NCBI GenBank assembly: GCA_051872335.1
Contig: JBJEDT010000024.1
Location: 6,984 to 70,983 of the forward strand
DNA length: 64,000 bases
Origin: Bacilli bacterium
Lineage (GTDB): Bacteria; Bacillota_I; Bacilli_A; RFN20; CAG-826
Direction: 5' to 3'
Part shown: piece by piece, positions 36,193-46,560 of the stretch
Layout: each line of letters begins with the position of its first letter
Numbering within the stretch: position 1 is the stretch's first letter
Program-made: the position numbers and the translations under genes
Notes under the pieces: model-generated
What the model saw: only the letters and a program-made list of their open reading frames with translations
Told to the model about the DNA's origin: nothing
The model's database searches: none

Positions 36193-36690
36193 TTTCCAAT
36201 ATTGCTTTCCCCAAACCTCAAAAGACCATTCTTCATGATAATCATTACACTCAAAATCAATATAATAAATCTTCTCATTTTGAACAATAAAATTAGTTGG
36301 ATAATAATCGATATTTAAATTATTCATTTTTAAAATATTCGCCATTTCTTCAACTTGCTTAATGTAATCTTCTTTCATTTTGCCATTTTTAACTAAAGAT
36401 TCAATAGTTGGACCTTCAATATATTCTTTTAAAATGGCATCTTCCTTTTTATCAAAATCAAGAAGTTTAGGAATGGCAAGGCCTAAACATGAAAGTCTTT
36501 TATAATCATTTAATTCTAAAGATAATTTATCTTTTGGAAAAGAATAATAAGAGCATGGCTCATGGTGAATTTTTTTAAGTACAAATTGATTATGCTCTTC
36601 ATCTTCAACTAGATAAGAGTATCCACCTTTTCCTTTTCCTAAAAGTTTAATAACATTAAATTCTTTTTCTTTAAATTTCATTTTGTCCAT
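36190..36690 (-). CDS. Minimal protein-kinase-like fold protein (166 aa).
   Basis: Gly-rich loop LGKGKGGYSY, VLKK lysine, catalytic-loop-like NIDYYPTNFIV (D..P.N) and a DFG-like YYIDFE; too short for a Hanks kinase. Confidence 0.45.
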   Translation of the reverse strand: MDKMKFKEKEFNVIKLLGKGKGGYSYLVEDEEHNQFVLKKIHHEPCSYYSFPKDKLSLELNDYKRLSCLGLAIPKLLDFDKKEDAILKEYIEGPTIESLVKNGKMKEDYIKQVEEMANILKMNNLNIDYYPTNFIVQNEKIYYIDFECNDYHEEWSFEVWGKQYWK

Positions 36691-36693
36691 AAT

Positions 36694-37341
36694 TTAACCT
36701 TCTTTTTTTGTTAACTTATTAACAATTAAAATAATTATTGGTATCAATAAACCACCAATAGAATTTCCTAAAACCATTAATAAAAAATATGAAAATCCTT
36801 TTAATGTATAACTACCTGCAATGAAAAAATAAGCAATATTAGCAATACAGTGTTCTGCAGACAATAAAATAAAAATCATTACACAGAAAACAATACCTAA
36901 TATTTTTGCTAAATTATTGGTACTTTTTTTATAAGTTTCAACTCCTAAATAAATTAAAATTCCACATAAGATAGATAACAATAAAATACTGTACCAAGTA
37001 TCATTTAATTTTAAATTAATTAGTGCTTGAGCGTTAACTTTTAATACATCATATATTCTAGTAAATCGAACAATTATAAATGTTATAAAACATCCTATAG
37101 CATTACCTACTAAAATAATAAATAATAATAAGTTATTTTTAAGATTATTTGATAAAGCATAACCGATTGCACCTGTAAAAAGTTTAAATCCTAATTCACA
37201 AATAAAAAATAAACCAGCTGAAAAAAGAAAAGCACCTAAATATTTATTTTCATTAATTAATAAAAGATTAACTGAGCATCCAATACCAATTAAAATGCCT
37301 GCTAATATACTTAGTAATAATGTCTTACCTATTTCTTTCAA
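36694..37341 (-). CDS. Formate/nitrite transporter (FNT) family protein, short form.
   Basis: FSAGLFFICELGFKLFTGAIG matches the FNT signature (F..GL......G.ELFTGN); 215 aa; TTG start with an AAGGTGAGGTG RBS. Confidence 0.55.
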   Translation of the reverse strand: MKEIGKTLLLSILAGILIGIGCSVNLLLINENKYLGAFLFSAGLFFICELGFKLFTGAIGYALSNNLKNNLLLFIILVGNAIGCFITFIIVRFTRIYDVLKVNAQALINLKLNDTWYSILLLSILCGILIYLGVETYKKSTNNLAKILGIVFCVMIFILLSAEHCIANIAYFFIAGSYTLKGFSYFLLMVLGNSIGGLLIPIIILIVNKLTKKEG

Positions 37342-37356
37342 AAATTACACCTCACC

Positions 37357-38046
37357 TTACTTAATTTCTTTTAATAACTCGTTAAAATGTTTTTTTACTT
37401 CTTCATCAATTCGATATGATTCTTTCATTTTTTGAATAGTTTTTCGCTTAATCCAAACGCTTAGTGAAGAATTTAGAATTATATTTTCTACTATATCACT
37501 TCTTTTTATAGCTAAAGTCGCTAATGTCCATGCTTTACCCATATCAATATAATAATTATCGCCTTTTACATTTAAAATAATGTCGATAACACGACATAAA
37601 AAATCATCATCTAAATAATATGCCATACACATAATAATAACAAATCGTCTTGCGAAAGGATTACTATCGCTTTTATATTTTATGATAAAAGAAAACATTT
37701 CTTCTTTATGTTTTTTTGTTATTTTTAAAGATGTTGCTAAACCATCACATAAACCCCAATTATTTAAATATGGGATGATTTTAGACATTTCACGAAATAC
37801 AATTTCTAAATCTTTTTCATATTCTAACAAGTAAATATGCAACATTATATTTTCATAAGTATTAAAATTATTTTCTTCATAATAAATATAGCTTAAATTC
37901 TTTTTTGAAATATCTTTAGCTAACTTTCTTATTATAGGCAATCTAACACCCAAAAAATTCGTTGCTAATTCATTGCAACGTAAAGTGAACTTCCTATAAT
38001 TTAAATCAATATTTTTTTCAAAATATTCATTGATTTCCTGTAACAT
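37357..38046 (-). CDS. DNA alkylation repair protein (AlkD-like HEAT-repeat glycosylase family).
   Basis: 229-aa helical repeat protein with the N-terminal pattern of PF08713 members (FEKNIDLNYRKF...GVRLPIIRKLAK); GAGGAG RBS. Confidence 0.65.
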   Translation of the reverse strand: MLQEINEYFEKNIDLNYRKFTLRCNELATNFLGVRLPIIRKLAKDISKKNLSYIYYEENNFNTYENIMLHIYLLEYEKDLEIVFREMSKIIPYLNNWGLCDGLATSLKITKKHKEEMFSFIIKYKSDSNPFARRFVIIMCMAYYLDDDFLCRVIDIILNVKGDNYYIDMGKAWTLATLAIKRSDIVENIILNSSLSVWIKRKTIQKMKESYRIDEEVKKHFNELLKEIK

Positions 38047-38060
38047 ATAGCACTCCTCAT

Positions 38061-38885
38061 TTACATAGTCTTTTGATAATGTAAAATATTTTGATCTGTA
38101 TTATAAGTTGGATCACCAGGATTTATACCATTCATAACTTGCATTATATGATAAGCTTCTTTATGTAACTTATCAATTGCATCATTAATTGGTAAACTCA
38201 AATCTGGTAATAATGGATCACCAATGTGTAAATCAACACATGGTTTTTTTCCAAATAATTTATAAATGCCTGTTCTTTTTCTAAAAGACAAAGTAATAGG
38301 TATAACTGGTTTATTGTGTCTTACTGCATACTTAAAAATTCCCTTTTTCAAAGGCCTAATATCTGGATAATAAAACCACATTGAACCTTCAGGAAAAAAA
38401 TGCAACCAATTTCCATCATCTAGTATATTATCTATTGCTTGTTGCCATTTAACCATAGCTCTCATATTATCTGTTGGAATTGGAACTCCACCTACTAATC
38501 TAATTAATGGTCCATTAGGTCCTTCTAAATTAGTCTTCCAAGCAGCATGATATTCTAAATGTGGTCTAATAGCTTTTAAAACACAAATGTAATCCCACAT
38601 TAAAACATGGTTAGCAATTGTAATTGCTCCATTTTTATATAACTTTTTATTTTTCTTAAATTCTTTTCTTCCATAAATTTTTAATCCATGATGTAAAGTA
38701 CAAATTGGAAATGCAACAAGAGCAAGAATAATACGTAAGAAAAAACGCAAAACTTTATACCCAAATGACTTATTATAATATCTATGATTTTCATCAAGTT
38801 TAACATCTCTTATATGTTTAACTTCAATCATATGCTCGTCGCTTCTATCTGGGTATTTGTAACCTAAATCTTCTTTATAATACAT
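38061..38885 (-). CDS. Lysophospholipid acyltransferase (PlsC/LPLAT family).
   Basis: NHVLMWD (HX4D) acyltransferase motif, FPEGS motif, N-terminal TM helix. Confidence 0.7.
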   Translation of the reverse strand: MYYKEDLGYKYPDRSDEHMIEVKHIRDVKLDENHRYYNKSFGYKVLRFFLRIILALVAFPICTLHHGLKIYGRKEFKKNKKLYKNGAITIANHVLMWDYICVLKAIRPHLEYHAAWKTNLEGPNGPLIRLVGGVPIPTDNMRAMVKWQQAIDNILDDGNWLHFFPEGSMWFYYPDIRPLKKGIFKYAVRHNKPVIPITLSFRKRTGIYKLFGKKPCVDLHIGDPLLPDLSLPINDAIDKLHKEAYHIMQVMNGINPGDPTYNTDQNILHYQKTM

Positions 38886-38989
38886 ACTAATTACCTCTTC
38901 AATATTTTATCATTTACATCTTTATAAATAAACTTAAAGTTTTTTATTATAATTTTAAAATCCAAGTATATTTGGATAATAATCATAAG

Positions 38990-39045
38990 TAAACAAAATA
39001 AAAATCTAAATTATAAAGCTTTTATCTTTAATAATTTAGATTTTT
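38990..39045 (-). terminator. Terminator after the GDPD gene: AAAATCTAAATT-N20-AATTTAGATTTT followed by a T-run on the minus strand.
   Basis: Perfect 12-bp inverted repeat 3' of the stop at 39052. Confidence 0.55.
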
Positions 39046-39051
39046 ATCACG

Positions 39052-40071
39052 TTATTTATATGAGTCTAAAACACTTTTTAATAATTCTGGATCATCAGTC
39101 ATTATAGCATCGCATCCAAGATCAATTAAATGTCTCATATCTTCTTCTTCATTAATCGTCCAATATTGGACAGCTATATTTCTTCTATGAGCACGCTTAA
39201 TGTATGTTTTTTTATCTAATTTAAATTTTATTCCTTTAATGTTATACATCATTGGAATTTGTAGACAAACAAATGAAGCATTGTTGTTAAATAAATTGAC
39301 ACCGAACATTTGAGTAATAATAAAGCCAGCAGCTCCTCCAGTTGATGCACCAGTTAATAAACGAGGGTCGCTATAATTATCTTTTAAATATTGTTGAACA
39401 TCGTCATGGAAAGTACCAATTACAACTCTTTCTCTATAATCAACATATTTATTAAATAATAGGTCAGCTAAAATATCAGCAGCTTGGAATCCTTTTTCTC
39501 CATCATTTTTAATTTCAACAATAAATAGTAAATCCTTATTTGTTTCATAGAAAGCTTTGAATAATTCTTCAGCAGTAATGATTTGAATATCATTAGCTTT
39601 TAAAACATCTTTTCTAGTTTCCTCATTATCTAAACCTGCTAAATTACGATACGGATAATTTCCATCTTTATCTTGGAATTTATATCCAAAGTTAAAATCT
39701 TTTAGTTCATCAAGAGTTAAATCTTCAATATAAACTTTTTCAGTTGTTCCTAATCTTTCTTCAACATCAGATGTTTCATTAATATATGCATTATGGTTAT
39801 ATACTAAATAACCATCTTTAGTCATATACAAATCACTTTCCACAATTTGTGTTCCATAATCTTCAACAGAAGCTTTATATGCTTTTAAAGTATTTTCAGG
39901 ATTACTTTTTCCTCCACCTCTATGAGCACAAAGCATTGGTAAACCACTTGTAGAAATAAAAGGATTTGTTTCCATTGCTTTTTTTGGTGGAATAACATTA
40001 ATTAATAGAAAGAATACTAGAATAGAACCTAGAATAATTCCAGTTATTTTTAATTTTTTAAACTTTTTCAT
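39052..40071 (-). CDS. Membrane-anchored glycerophosphodiester phosphodiesterase.
   Basis: MLCAHRGGG...ENT and ESDLYMTKDG GDPD motifs; N-terminal TM helix. The ATG at 40071 (MKKFKK) has a GAGGT RBS. Confidence 0.8.
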   Translation of the reverse strand: MKKFKKLKITGIILGSILVFFLLINVIPPKKAMETNPFISTSGLPMLCAHRGGGKSNPENTLKAYKASVEDYGTQIVESDLYMTKDGYLVYNHNAYINETSDVEERLGTTEKVYIEDLTLDELKDFNFGYKFQDKDGNYPYRNLAGLDNEETRKDVLKANDIQIITAEELFKAFYETNKDLLFIVEIKNDGEKGFQAADILADLLFNKYVDYRERVVIGTFHDDVQQYLKDNYSDPRLLTGASTGGAAGFIITQMFGVNLFNNNASFVCLQIPMMYNIKGIKFKLDKKTYIKRAHRRNIAVQYWTINEEEDMRHLIDLGCDAIMTDDPELLKSVLDSYK

Positions 40072-40112
40072 AATACTACCTCGATTATTAATATAACATA
40101 TTATAGACATTT

Positions 40113-40143
40113 AAAAAATAGATGGGGTAATAAATGCCCCATC
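40113..40143 (-). terminator. Terminator: GATGGGG-taataaatg-CCCCATC followed by a T-run on the minus strand.
   Basis: GC-rich 7-bp stem right after the stop at 40151. Confidence 0.55.
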
Positions 40144-40150
40144 TATTAAT

Positions 40151-40816
40151 TTAAATATAAGAAGGTAATTGAATTTCGGCTTCTAAATAAGCATAAGTAA
40201 ATTCTCTTACTACATTAAAATCGTTTTGAGTATATGTAATTTTTAGTGAAGTTAAATTAGAGCCATTAGTTGTAGTAGTACAATAAATGACATCAGTATT
40301 TAATTCATAACCTAAAAATGCTTCTATACTTTCACCACTAATTTCACCATTTAAGAAAGTTTTAAAGTTTTGTTGACTAATAGTAATATTACTCATTACT
40401 GAAACATCAAATGGCAACTCGTAATAATTTAAAACTTTTTCATCTTTACTTCTATGATAAACAAGATCTTCTTCATAGCGATAAGAGTATGTACCATCAT
40501 AATAAATATCACTAGATTTTTCATATGTTGGACTTGTTTCTTCTAAAGATGAAATACCTTTTTCTTGATAATAAATATGTTCACGATTATTAATACTATC
40601 AAATTGTTTACTTTCATATATTTCACGATATTTAACAGCGTTTTGTGTTACTACAAAATTTTCAATAACACCAGTAGAGTTCTTGCTACTTTCGATAAGT
40701 GCAATTTCATTATTAATTTTTTCTTGATCACCATTATCAACAGGATCAGGATTTTTTACTTTACAACTTACAGCAAGTAAAATAATAGGAATGATTAATA
40801 TTCTTTTGTATTTCAT
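40151..40816 (-). CDS. Hypothetical lipoprotein (221 aa).
   Basis: Signal peptide plus lipobox (ILLAVSCKV); GAGGAGG RBS; translationally coupled to the upstream 979-aa gene. Confidence 0.6.
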   Translation of the reverse strand: MKYKRILIIPIILLAVSCKVKNPDPVDNGDQEKINNEIALIESSKNSTGVIENFVVTQNAVKYREIYESKQFDSINNREHIYYQEKGISSLEETSPTYEKSSDIYYDGTYSYRYEEDLVYHRSKDEKVLNYYELPFDVSVMSNITISQQNFKTFLNGEISGESIEAFLGYELNTDVIYCTTTTNGSNLTSLKITYTQNDFNVVREFTYAYLEAEIQLPSYI

Positions 40817-40817
40817 A

Positions 40818-43757
40818 TTAGTTTCCTCCTCTTACTGATGTGATTTCATCTAGTGCATTTATAAATGCATCATATTTAGCTTTACTACTATCTAATTTAG
40901 TTTTATTTACTTGTGCTTTCTCTTCTGTTGATAAACTTTCATACATCATTAATGCACGAGTAATATAATAATGGTCACTAGATGAGTAGTCATCTTTAAT
41001 ATTATTTATATAACTATTTACTAACTCAACAGTTACTGTATCTTCTCTTACAAGAGCATATGTTGGTAATTTTGTTTCTTCATCGTAAGCGAAGAATGAA
41101 TTTGCTTCAAAGCATGAAATAAATGTATTTTCTTCCCACCATTTTTGTGTAGAATTTTCATCGACTGTAATATATTTACCAGCAAAACGAGTATTAGTAG
41201 TTGGAATCAATTCTTCTGAAATATGAGAATAATCATTTCTAATAAATGCTATATTTTCATACGTATATGATGAAGTGTTATCATCTTGAGAACCTATGAA
41301 TTGATTTAAGTATGTAGGTTGTGTAATGTCTTTAACTTTTAATGAACCTATTAAATTTTTAACATTTAATATGCCACCTTCTTTATTATGTCCTGCACAA
41401 ATACCTACTTCTTTTTTAGCAAAATTAATTGTAATAAAGGCTACAACATTTTCTAAATTTGATGTTCCTCTATTTCTACCAATTAATCCAATAGCAGCTC
41501 CATCACAATCAAATGTAATATCACAATAAACGTTTTTAGCTGTAAATACAGCATTTGTACCTTTGTTAACATTACCAGTTAAAGCACCTGTATATTTATT
41601 ACATTCAATGTAACAATTATCAATAACAATATTTGTAGCAGTTGTTGTATTTTGTTGTACACGACCTACTAGCATTGCAAAGTAACCTTCTCCACCAGCA
41701 TTTCCATTATAAACAACATTTGTATTTAAAATAGTAATATTATCAATTACACCACCATATGAATAGCCACAAATAACAGCTGTATCTTGTAAACCTTCAA
41801 TTTGTGAATCTGTTACAACTAAATTCTTAATTGTTGCATCACCAATTTCAAAGAAAAATGCTGCTTTTCTATATGGAGACTCAATTAATAAATTGGAAAT
41901 AGTATGACCTTGTCCATCAAATGATCCTTTAAATCGTAATGTATTTGTTGGATCACATACCCAGTCATAACCAGTAAAATCAAGATCATTTAATAGTCTA
42001 AATTCATTTTTAAATGTATTAACATTAACTGTCATATCATAGAATTCTTCACATGTTGTAATATTAATAACTTCAGTAATATTATTCTTTGCATAAATTT
42101 CAGAATCACCATTTGTATTAGAAATTACTACATATAAGAAGTATTCATAATCTAAAGATAGTTCATCAATAGTGAATTCAACATTTCTACTTGTTTGTGC
42201 AAAAGAGCCTGATTTTATAAATTCACTTCCACCTGCTTTTATTTGAGAAGCAGTTATAGTTTCAAGTTTACTTGTAGATAATCCGTAGTATACTGTACTA
42301 TCTTTACGTCTTACTGTACCAGTAAAAGTAATGTGACCTGTTGAAGATAGTGTACCACTATCAATATCAACTACAACTCGAGCTAAATGAGAACCTTTAA
42401 ATGATTCAATATAAGGAAGTGCAGTTTCTTCTTCTTTATAAATATTTTGTACAAGATTTCTTACTTCACCAGTTGAAAGCAAAGTTATCTTATGATTTAG
42501 AACGTCTAAATTTGATGCGCTTGATAAAGTAGATGTTTCAATAGTATAATCTGTATTTTTTACATATTTTTCACTTACATCGAAACGATTATAAATTTCA
42601 ATATCTTCAATATAAGAAGATGTATCACCTATATAAGTTAAAATATCTTCCTCAAATCCTGTAATCTTACCAATACCATCTACTCTGTTTGGATTAGTAC
42701 CTTCTGCAACAGGAAGATTATCAATAGTATTAATTTTTAATGAAGATAAATAGCATTGTCCTAGTTTATCTCCACCTGCAGTACGAATTCTGAATGAATT
42801 AATAAATTTGTCATTACCAGCATAAGCAACATTACTACAAAGAGTAATCAATTCGTTAGAGCCATCCATTTTATATAAATAAGCATTATAACTTCTAAAG
42901 CTAGCATTTATTTCCATACGAACTTTATACCATACACCTTCTGTGACTTCATTAGTTAATTTTGAAGTACCATTTTTGTAGCAATAGAAATTTGATGAAT
43001 CTATACCTACCATAGGACCATAAATATCATTTCTACCTAATTCAAAGTAAACACCATTTAGTTCACCCCAGAACATTGTGTAAAATTCAACAGCAAATGT
43101 ACCTTTTTCATAAAAGTTTCTTCTTACATATTTTGTTTCTTGAGAGGTTTTTGTCGAATTGATTTTTAAAATCTTTTCATTTTCAAGACATTCATTATCA
43201 GGAACTGAAGTTACAATTTCAGAAATTGCACTACCAGAATTTAAGTTCCAACTTAAATATTCACCAACGTCATCACCTGTATTATATGAAGTAAAATCTT
43301 CATCTAAGTGTGTAACAACATCTAAGTTAACTTCTTCTTGTAATGGAAGAACTCTAATAATGAATTCTCTTGTTTTTGTTAAAGAAGTATCTTTATTATC
43401 AGCAATAGTTAATGTAGCTGTTAAAGTTATTTGGACTGGATCTTCACCAATCGCAGGTCTAATAATACTTATTTTCTTAGTATCATTATCTACAGAAGCA
43501 ACATCAGTATTTGAAGAAGACCAAGCAATAGTTGAATCAAATAAGCCAGTTGTTGGAATTTTAATTGTTGTAACAACATTATTTAAATCAATATTTAAAT
43601 CAATATATTCTAAAGCTGTATTAACTCTTTCTTCTAAACTAATTGCTTCATCAACATAGTTTTCATATGTTGGAGCACTACTTGCGTTTTTAATAAAGAA
43701 ATTATCTTTAGAAAAGCTTAATAATGGAAGTAATAAGAATAATAATATCTTTTTCAT
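40818..43757 (-). CDS. Large secreted surface protein (979 aa) with Ig-like N-terminal region and GLUG-motif / beta-helix repeats.
   Basis: Signal peptide MKKILLFLLLPLLSFS. FKGSFDGQGHTISNL and following NxxD/GG-rich repeats resemble the GLUG motif of IgA-protease-like adhesins. AGGGGGGT RBS. Confidence 0.6.
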   Translation of the reverse strand: MKKILLFLLLPLLSFSKDNFFIKNASSAPTYENYVDEAISLEERVNTALEYIDLNIDLNNVVTTIKIPTTGLFDSTIAWSSSNTDVASVDNDTKKISIIRPAIGEDPVQITLTATLTIADNKDTSLTKTREFIIRVLPLQEEVNLDVVTHLDEDFTSYNTGDDVGEYLSWNLNSGSAISEIVTSVPDNECLENEKILKINSTKTSQETKYVRRNFYEKGTFAVEFYTMFWGELNGVYFELGRNDIYGPMVGIDSSNFYCYKNGTSKLTNEVTEGVWYKVRMEINASFRSYNAYLYKMDGSNELITLCSNVAYAGNDKFINSFRIRTAGGDKLGQCYLSSLKINTIDNLPVAEGTNPNRVDGIGKITGFEEDILTYIGDTSSYIEDIEIYNRFDVSEKYVKNTDYTIETSTLSSASNLDVLNHKITLLSTGEVRNLVQNIYKEEETALPYIESFKGSHLARVVVDIDSGTLSSTGHITFTGTVRRKDSTVYYGLSTSKLETITASQIKAGGSEFIKSGSFAQTSRNVEFTIDELSLDYEYFLYVVISNTNGDSEIYAKNNITEVINITTCEEFYDMTVNVNTFKNEFRLLNDLDFTGYDWVCDPTNTLRFKGSFDGQGHTISNLLIESPYRKAAFFFEIGDATIKNLVVTDSQIEGLQDTAVICGYSYGGVIDNITILNTNVVYNGNAGGEGYFAMLVGRVQQNTTTATNIVIDNCYIECNKYTGALTGNVNKGTNAVFTAKNVYCDITFDCDGAAIGLIGRNRGTSNLENVVAFITINFAKKEVGICAGHNKEGGILNVKNLIGSLKVKDITQPTYLNQFIGSQDDNTSSYTYENIAFIRNDYSHISEELIPTTNTRFAGKYITVDENSTQKWWEENTFISCFEANSFFAYDEETKLPTYALVREDTVTVELVNSYINNIKDDYSSSDHYYITRALMMYESLSTEEKAQVNKTKLDSSKAKYDAFINALDEITSVRGGN

Positions 43758-43769
43758 ACTTTTACCCCC

Positions 43770-45215
43770 CTATTCTAAATTAGCACCAAGTGAAACACCT
43801 TCACCAAATGCTGCTTGTACAAAATCAGGATTCATTTTTAAGAAATCTCCTAACTTAACATTTCCTTCTTCATCACGCAATAAATTATGTAAATCTAATT
43901 GATTATTAGGAATTTCTGTAGAAATAAATGGAGAAATACTACTTTCATAAATGCTTCCCATCATCGATGCAACAGTATAATCACATTCATTGTATCCTTC
44001 AAATTTAAGCATTGTTCTACCAAAATAGAAAATAGAATCAGCAACAGTACCTTTATATTGATCCTTACTATTAAATGTTTTTGTTAGACCATCAGTAAAC
44101 TTAACACCCGTATCACAATATGAGAATAAATTTTTCATATAATTGATTGAAGTATCAACATCTCTACACAAGTCAAAGTTATTTGCATCATAATCTCTTA
44201 AACCATTGTTGTAACTTGTACAGTTTTCTAAATATATAGTTCCTGGATTTGAGTTATCAGTAAAACCACAAGCTAAGTTATTAAATGCTATACAGTTAAT
44301 TACTTTATGTGGGACTTCGATAACTTCTCCACCTAATTTAAAACCATTACCATCACTATTAGGGGTACCATAAGGTTTTCCATCAGTATGTCTACCTGAA
44401 GTAACACCATTATTAAATGCTACACAATTAATTAAAGTAACAGGTCCAATTGCTCCAGATTCACCTTTTGTATATAAATCCCAACCATCATCAACATTGT
44501 TATAAGCAATACAGCCATCAAACACATTGCCAACACCAGTTGTTAATTTACAAGCAAATCCATCACTATCTTCACCTAATGGGTCATGATTATCATAGCT
44601 AGTACAATTTTTAATTAAATTATATGAAGGCCATTTTTCAACATCATTATAGCTTGATGCTTTTCTACCCAATTGAATTCCAGTATCACCACAATCATGA
44701 GTAACACAATCTTCAATAATATTATGATTACCACCAATATAAATTCCATTGTCACCAGCGCCAAATACTTCGAGTCCAATTACATGCCAATAGTCATTAT
44801 CAAAAGTTAAACCACGGTTTGAGCTTCCCCATTTCATTGAAGAAAAATCAAACACTACTTGACCTTTATTTAAAGGTTTTAAAGTTTTAACTTGACCTTT
44901 AGTAGCTGGATAATTTTCAGTCTCACTATTAACTTTAATAGGATATTCTGACTTATAAACACCATCTAATAAATATATTAATGCGCCAGGTTGAGACGTT
45001 CTAATTGCATTCTCAATACTCATTGGATCTTCTTTAGTTCCAGAAGCAAAAATATTTGTTGAGTCACACGAAACATAAATTATTTGTGATGGCTTAACTT
45101 CATCTGTCCCTTTAATGCCGAAATCATTTAAAGACGTGTCATTACCATTATTACATCCTGCTAAAGAAAACAAAGTGAATAACGGTATCAATAATGAAAT
45201 CTTCTTATTTTTCAT
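43770..45215 (-). CDS. Right-handed parallel beta-helix lipoprotein (pectate-lyase-fold polysaccharide lyase/hydrolase-like).
   Basis: Lipobox FSLAGCNN; repeated beta-helix turn motifs (NCTSYDNHD, DGWDLY, NCVAFNNG, NCIAFNN, NCTSYNNG); the ATG at 45215 has a GGAGAG RBS. Confidence 0.6.
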   Translation of the reverse strand: MKNKKISLLIPLFTLFSLAGCNNGNDTSLNDFGIKGTDEVKPSQIIYVSCDSTNIFASGTKEDPMSIENAIRTSQPGALIYLLDGVYKSEYPIKVNSETENYPATKGQVKTLKPLNKGQVVFDFSSMKWGSSNRGLTFDNDYWHVIGLEVFGAGDNGIYIGGNHNIIEDCVTHDCGDTGIQLGRKASSYNDVEKWPSYNLIKNCTSYDNHDPLGEDSDGFACKLTTGVGNVFDGCIAYNNVDDGWDLYTKGESGAIGPVTLINCVAFNNGVTSGRHTDGKPYGTPNSDGNGFKLGGEVIEVPHKVINCIAFNNLACGFTDNSNPGTIYLENCTSYNNGLRDYDANNFDLCRDVDTSINYMKNLFSYCDTGVKFTDGLTKTFNSKDQYKGTVADSIFYFGRTMLKFEGYNECDYTVASMMGSIYESSISPFISTEIPNNQLDLHNLLRDEEGNVKLGDFLKMNPDFVQAAFGEGVSLGANLE

Positions 45216-45384
45216 AAAAAAACTCTCCATTTCATAAATACACATAATTTTAACATAGTAAAATTAGTCTTGTATTAAATTATCATTCCTTTTATGCACA
45301 ATGAACAAACTTTTATGATAAAGTTGAAATCGCTTACAAAAAAATATACTTTTATTATATAAAGATTTTAAAAAGGAGATTATT

Positions 45385-46542
45385 ATGAAAAAATCATTAA
45401 AATTACTAGCTGTTGCTATGTTACTTGGCGGTGGACTAGTAAGTTGCGGGGATGACCCAGTAAAAGAGCCAGAAACAGAGGAACCAGGAACACCTGAAAC
45501 ACCTGAAACTCCAGAGACACCTGAAACTCCAGAGACTCCTGAAACTCCAGAGACTCCTGAAACTCCAGAGACTCCTGAAACTCCAGAAGTTAATCCATAT
45601 CAAGTAAATATTTCTGCTTTAGCAACTGGTGACATTACAGAAGATGTAGTAGAAGGTGCTTTCACATTTGTTAAAAACGGTGATAATACTGAATCATCAT
45701 CTAAAAAACCTATGACAGTTGCTGATTTAGAAACACCTGTTCAAATAGCTACACCTGAATTAACATTTACTAAAGTATTAAAAACTCAAAGTGCTTCTCA
45801 AACAGATGCTACTAAACTTGGTCGTGTTATTAAATTTGATGTTACAGGTAAAGGTACAGTAACTTTATATGCAAAATCAGGTTCACCTGATGATTTAACA
45901 AGATCAATAAGCGTATACCATGTTGGAAATGCAGTTGTACATGATAAAGTTACATTAGGTGCTGATGTAGAAGCTCATACATTAACATTCCATTATTCAG
46001 GAACTTACTATTTAACTTCATCTGCAAATGTATCAATTTACTATATTGATGTTAATTTTGAAGATGGTGTAAACGAGGAATGGGCGCCAGCTGAAGTAAT
46101 CGAATTAACAGATGCAAATCAATTCAATGCAAATGATTTACCTGCTAAAACATTTACAAGTGATACTGAAATTGGTAACTTTGTAATTCGTGCTACTGCA
46201 GATCAAACAGTTGTTGTCGATTCAAACTCAAAAACATATGATGGAGTATCTTATACTCAAAGAATTAAATTAGGTGCTGCAGGTGATGCAACATATCGTT
46301 CAATTGATATTAAAGTTACTGCTGCTGCTAGAATTACTGTAGTAGCTATTTCATCAAATAAATCATCTGATAGACCATTAGCTTTATTTAATGGTGAAAC
46401 TCAAGTTGGCGACTCTGCTACTGTATTAGGATCAGATATTGGTGGATATATTTGGAATGTTACTGATGCTGGTACATATAATGTTAGAAGTTTAGAAAGT
46501 GGTATCAATATCTACAACATTATCATTGAATACGCTGAATAA
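45385..46542 (+). CDS. Lipoprotein with a (ETP)n linker and a beta-rich C-terminal domain.
   Basis: Lipobox LVSCGDD, then about 13 ETP repeats, then a Thr/Val-rich domain; AAGGAG RBS. Confidence 0.6.
   Translation: MKKSLKLLAVAMLLGGGLVSCGDDPVKEPETEEPGTPETPETPETPETPETPETPETPETPETPETPEVNPYQVNISALATGDITEDVVEGAFTFVKNGDNTESSSKKPMTVADLETPVQIATPELTFTKVLKTQSASQTDATKLGRVIKFDVTGKGTVTLYAKSGSPDDLTRSISVYHVGNAVVHDKVTLGADVEAHTLTFHYSGTYYLTSSANVSIYYIDVNFEDGVNEEWAPAEVIELTDANQFNANDLPAKTFTSDTEIGNFVIRATADQTVVVDSNSKTYDGVSYTQRIKLGAAGDATYRSIDIKVTAAARITVVAISSNKSSDRPLALFNGETQVGDSATVLGSDIGGYIWNVTDAGTYNVRSLESGINIYNIIIEYAE
45496..45591 (+). repeat. Tandem 9/18-bp repeat encoding (Glu-Thr-Pro)n.
   Basis: GAAACTCCAGAGACWCCT units repeated about five times, plus degenerate flanking copies. 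Confidence 0.8.
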
Positions 46543-46560
46543 TTAACCCTAAAAAATATA

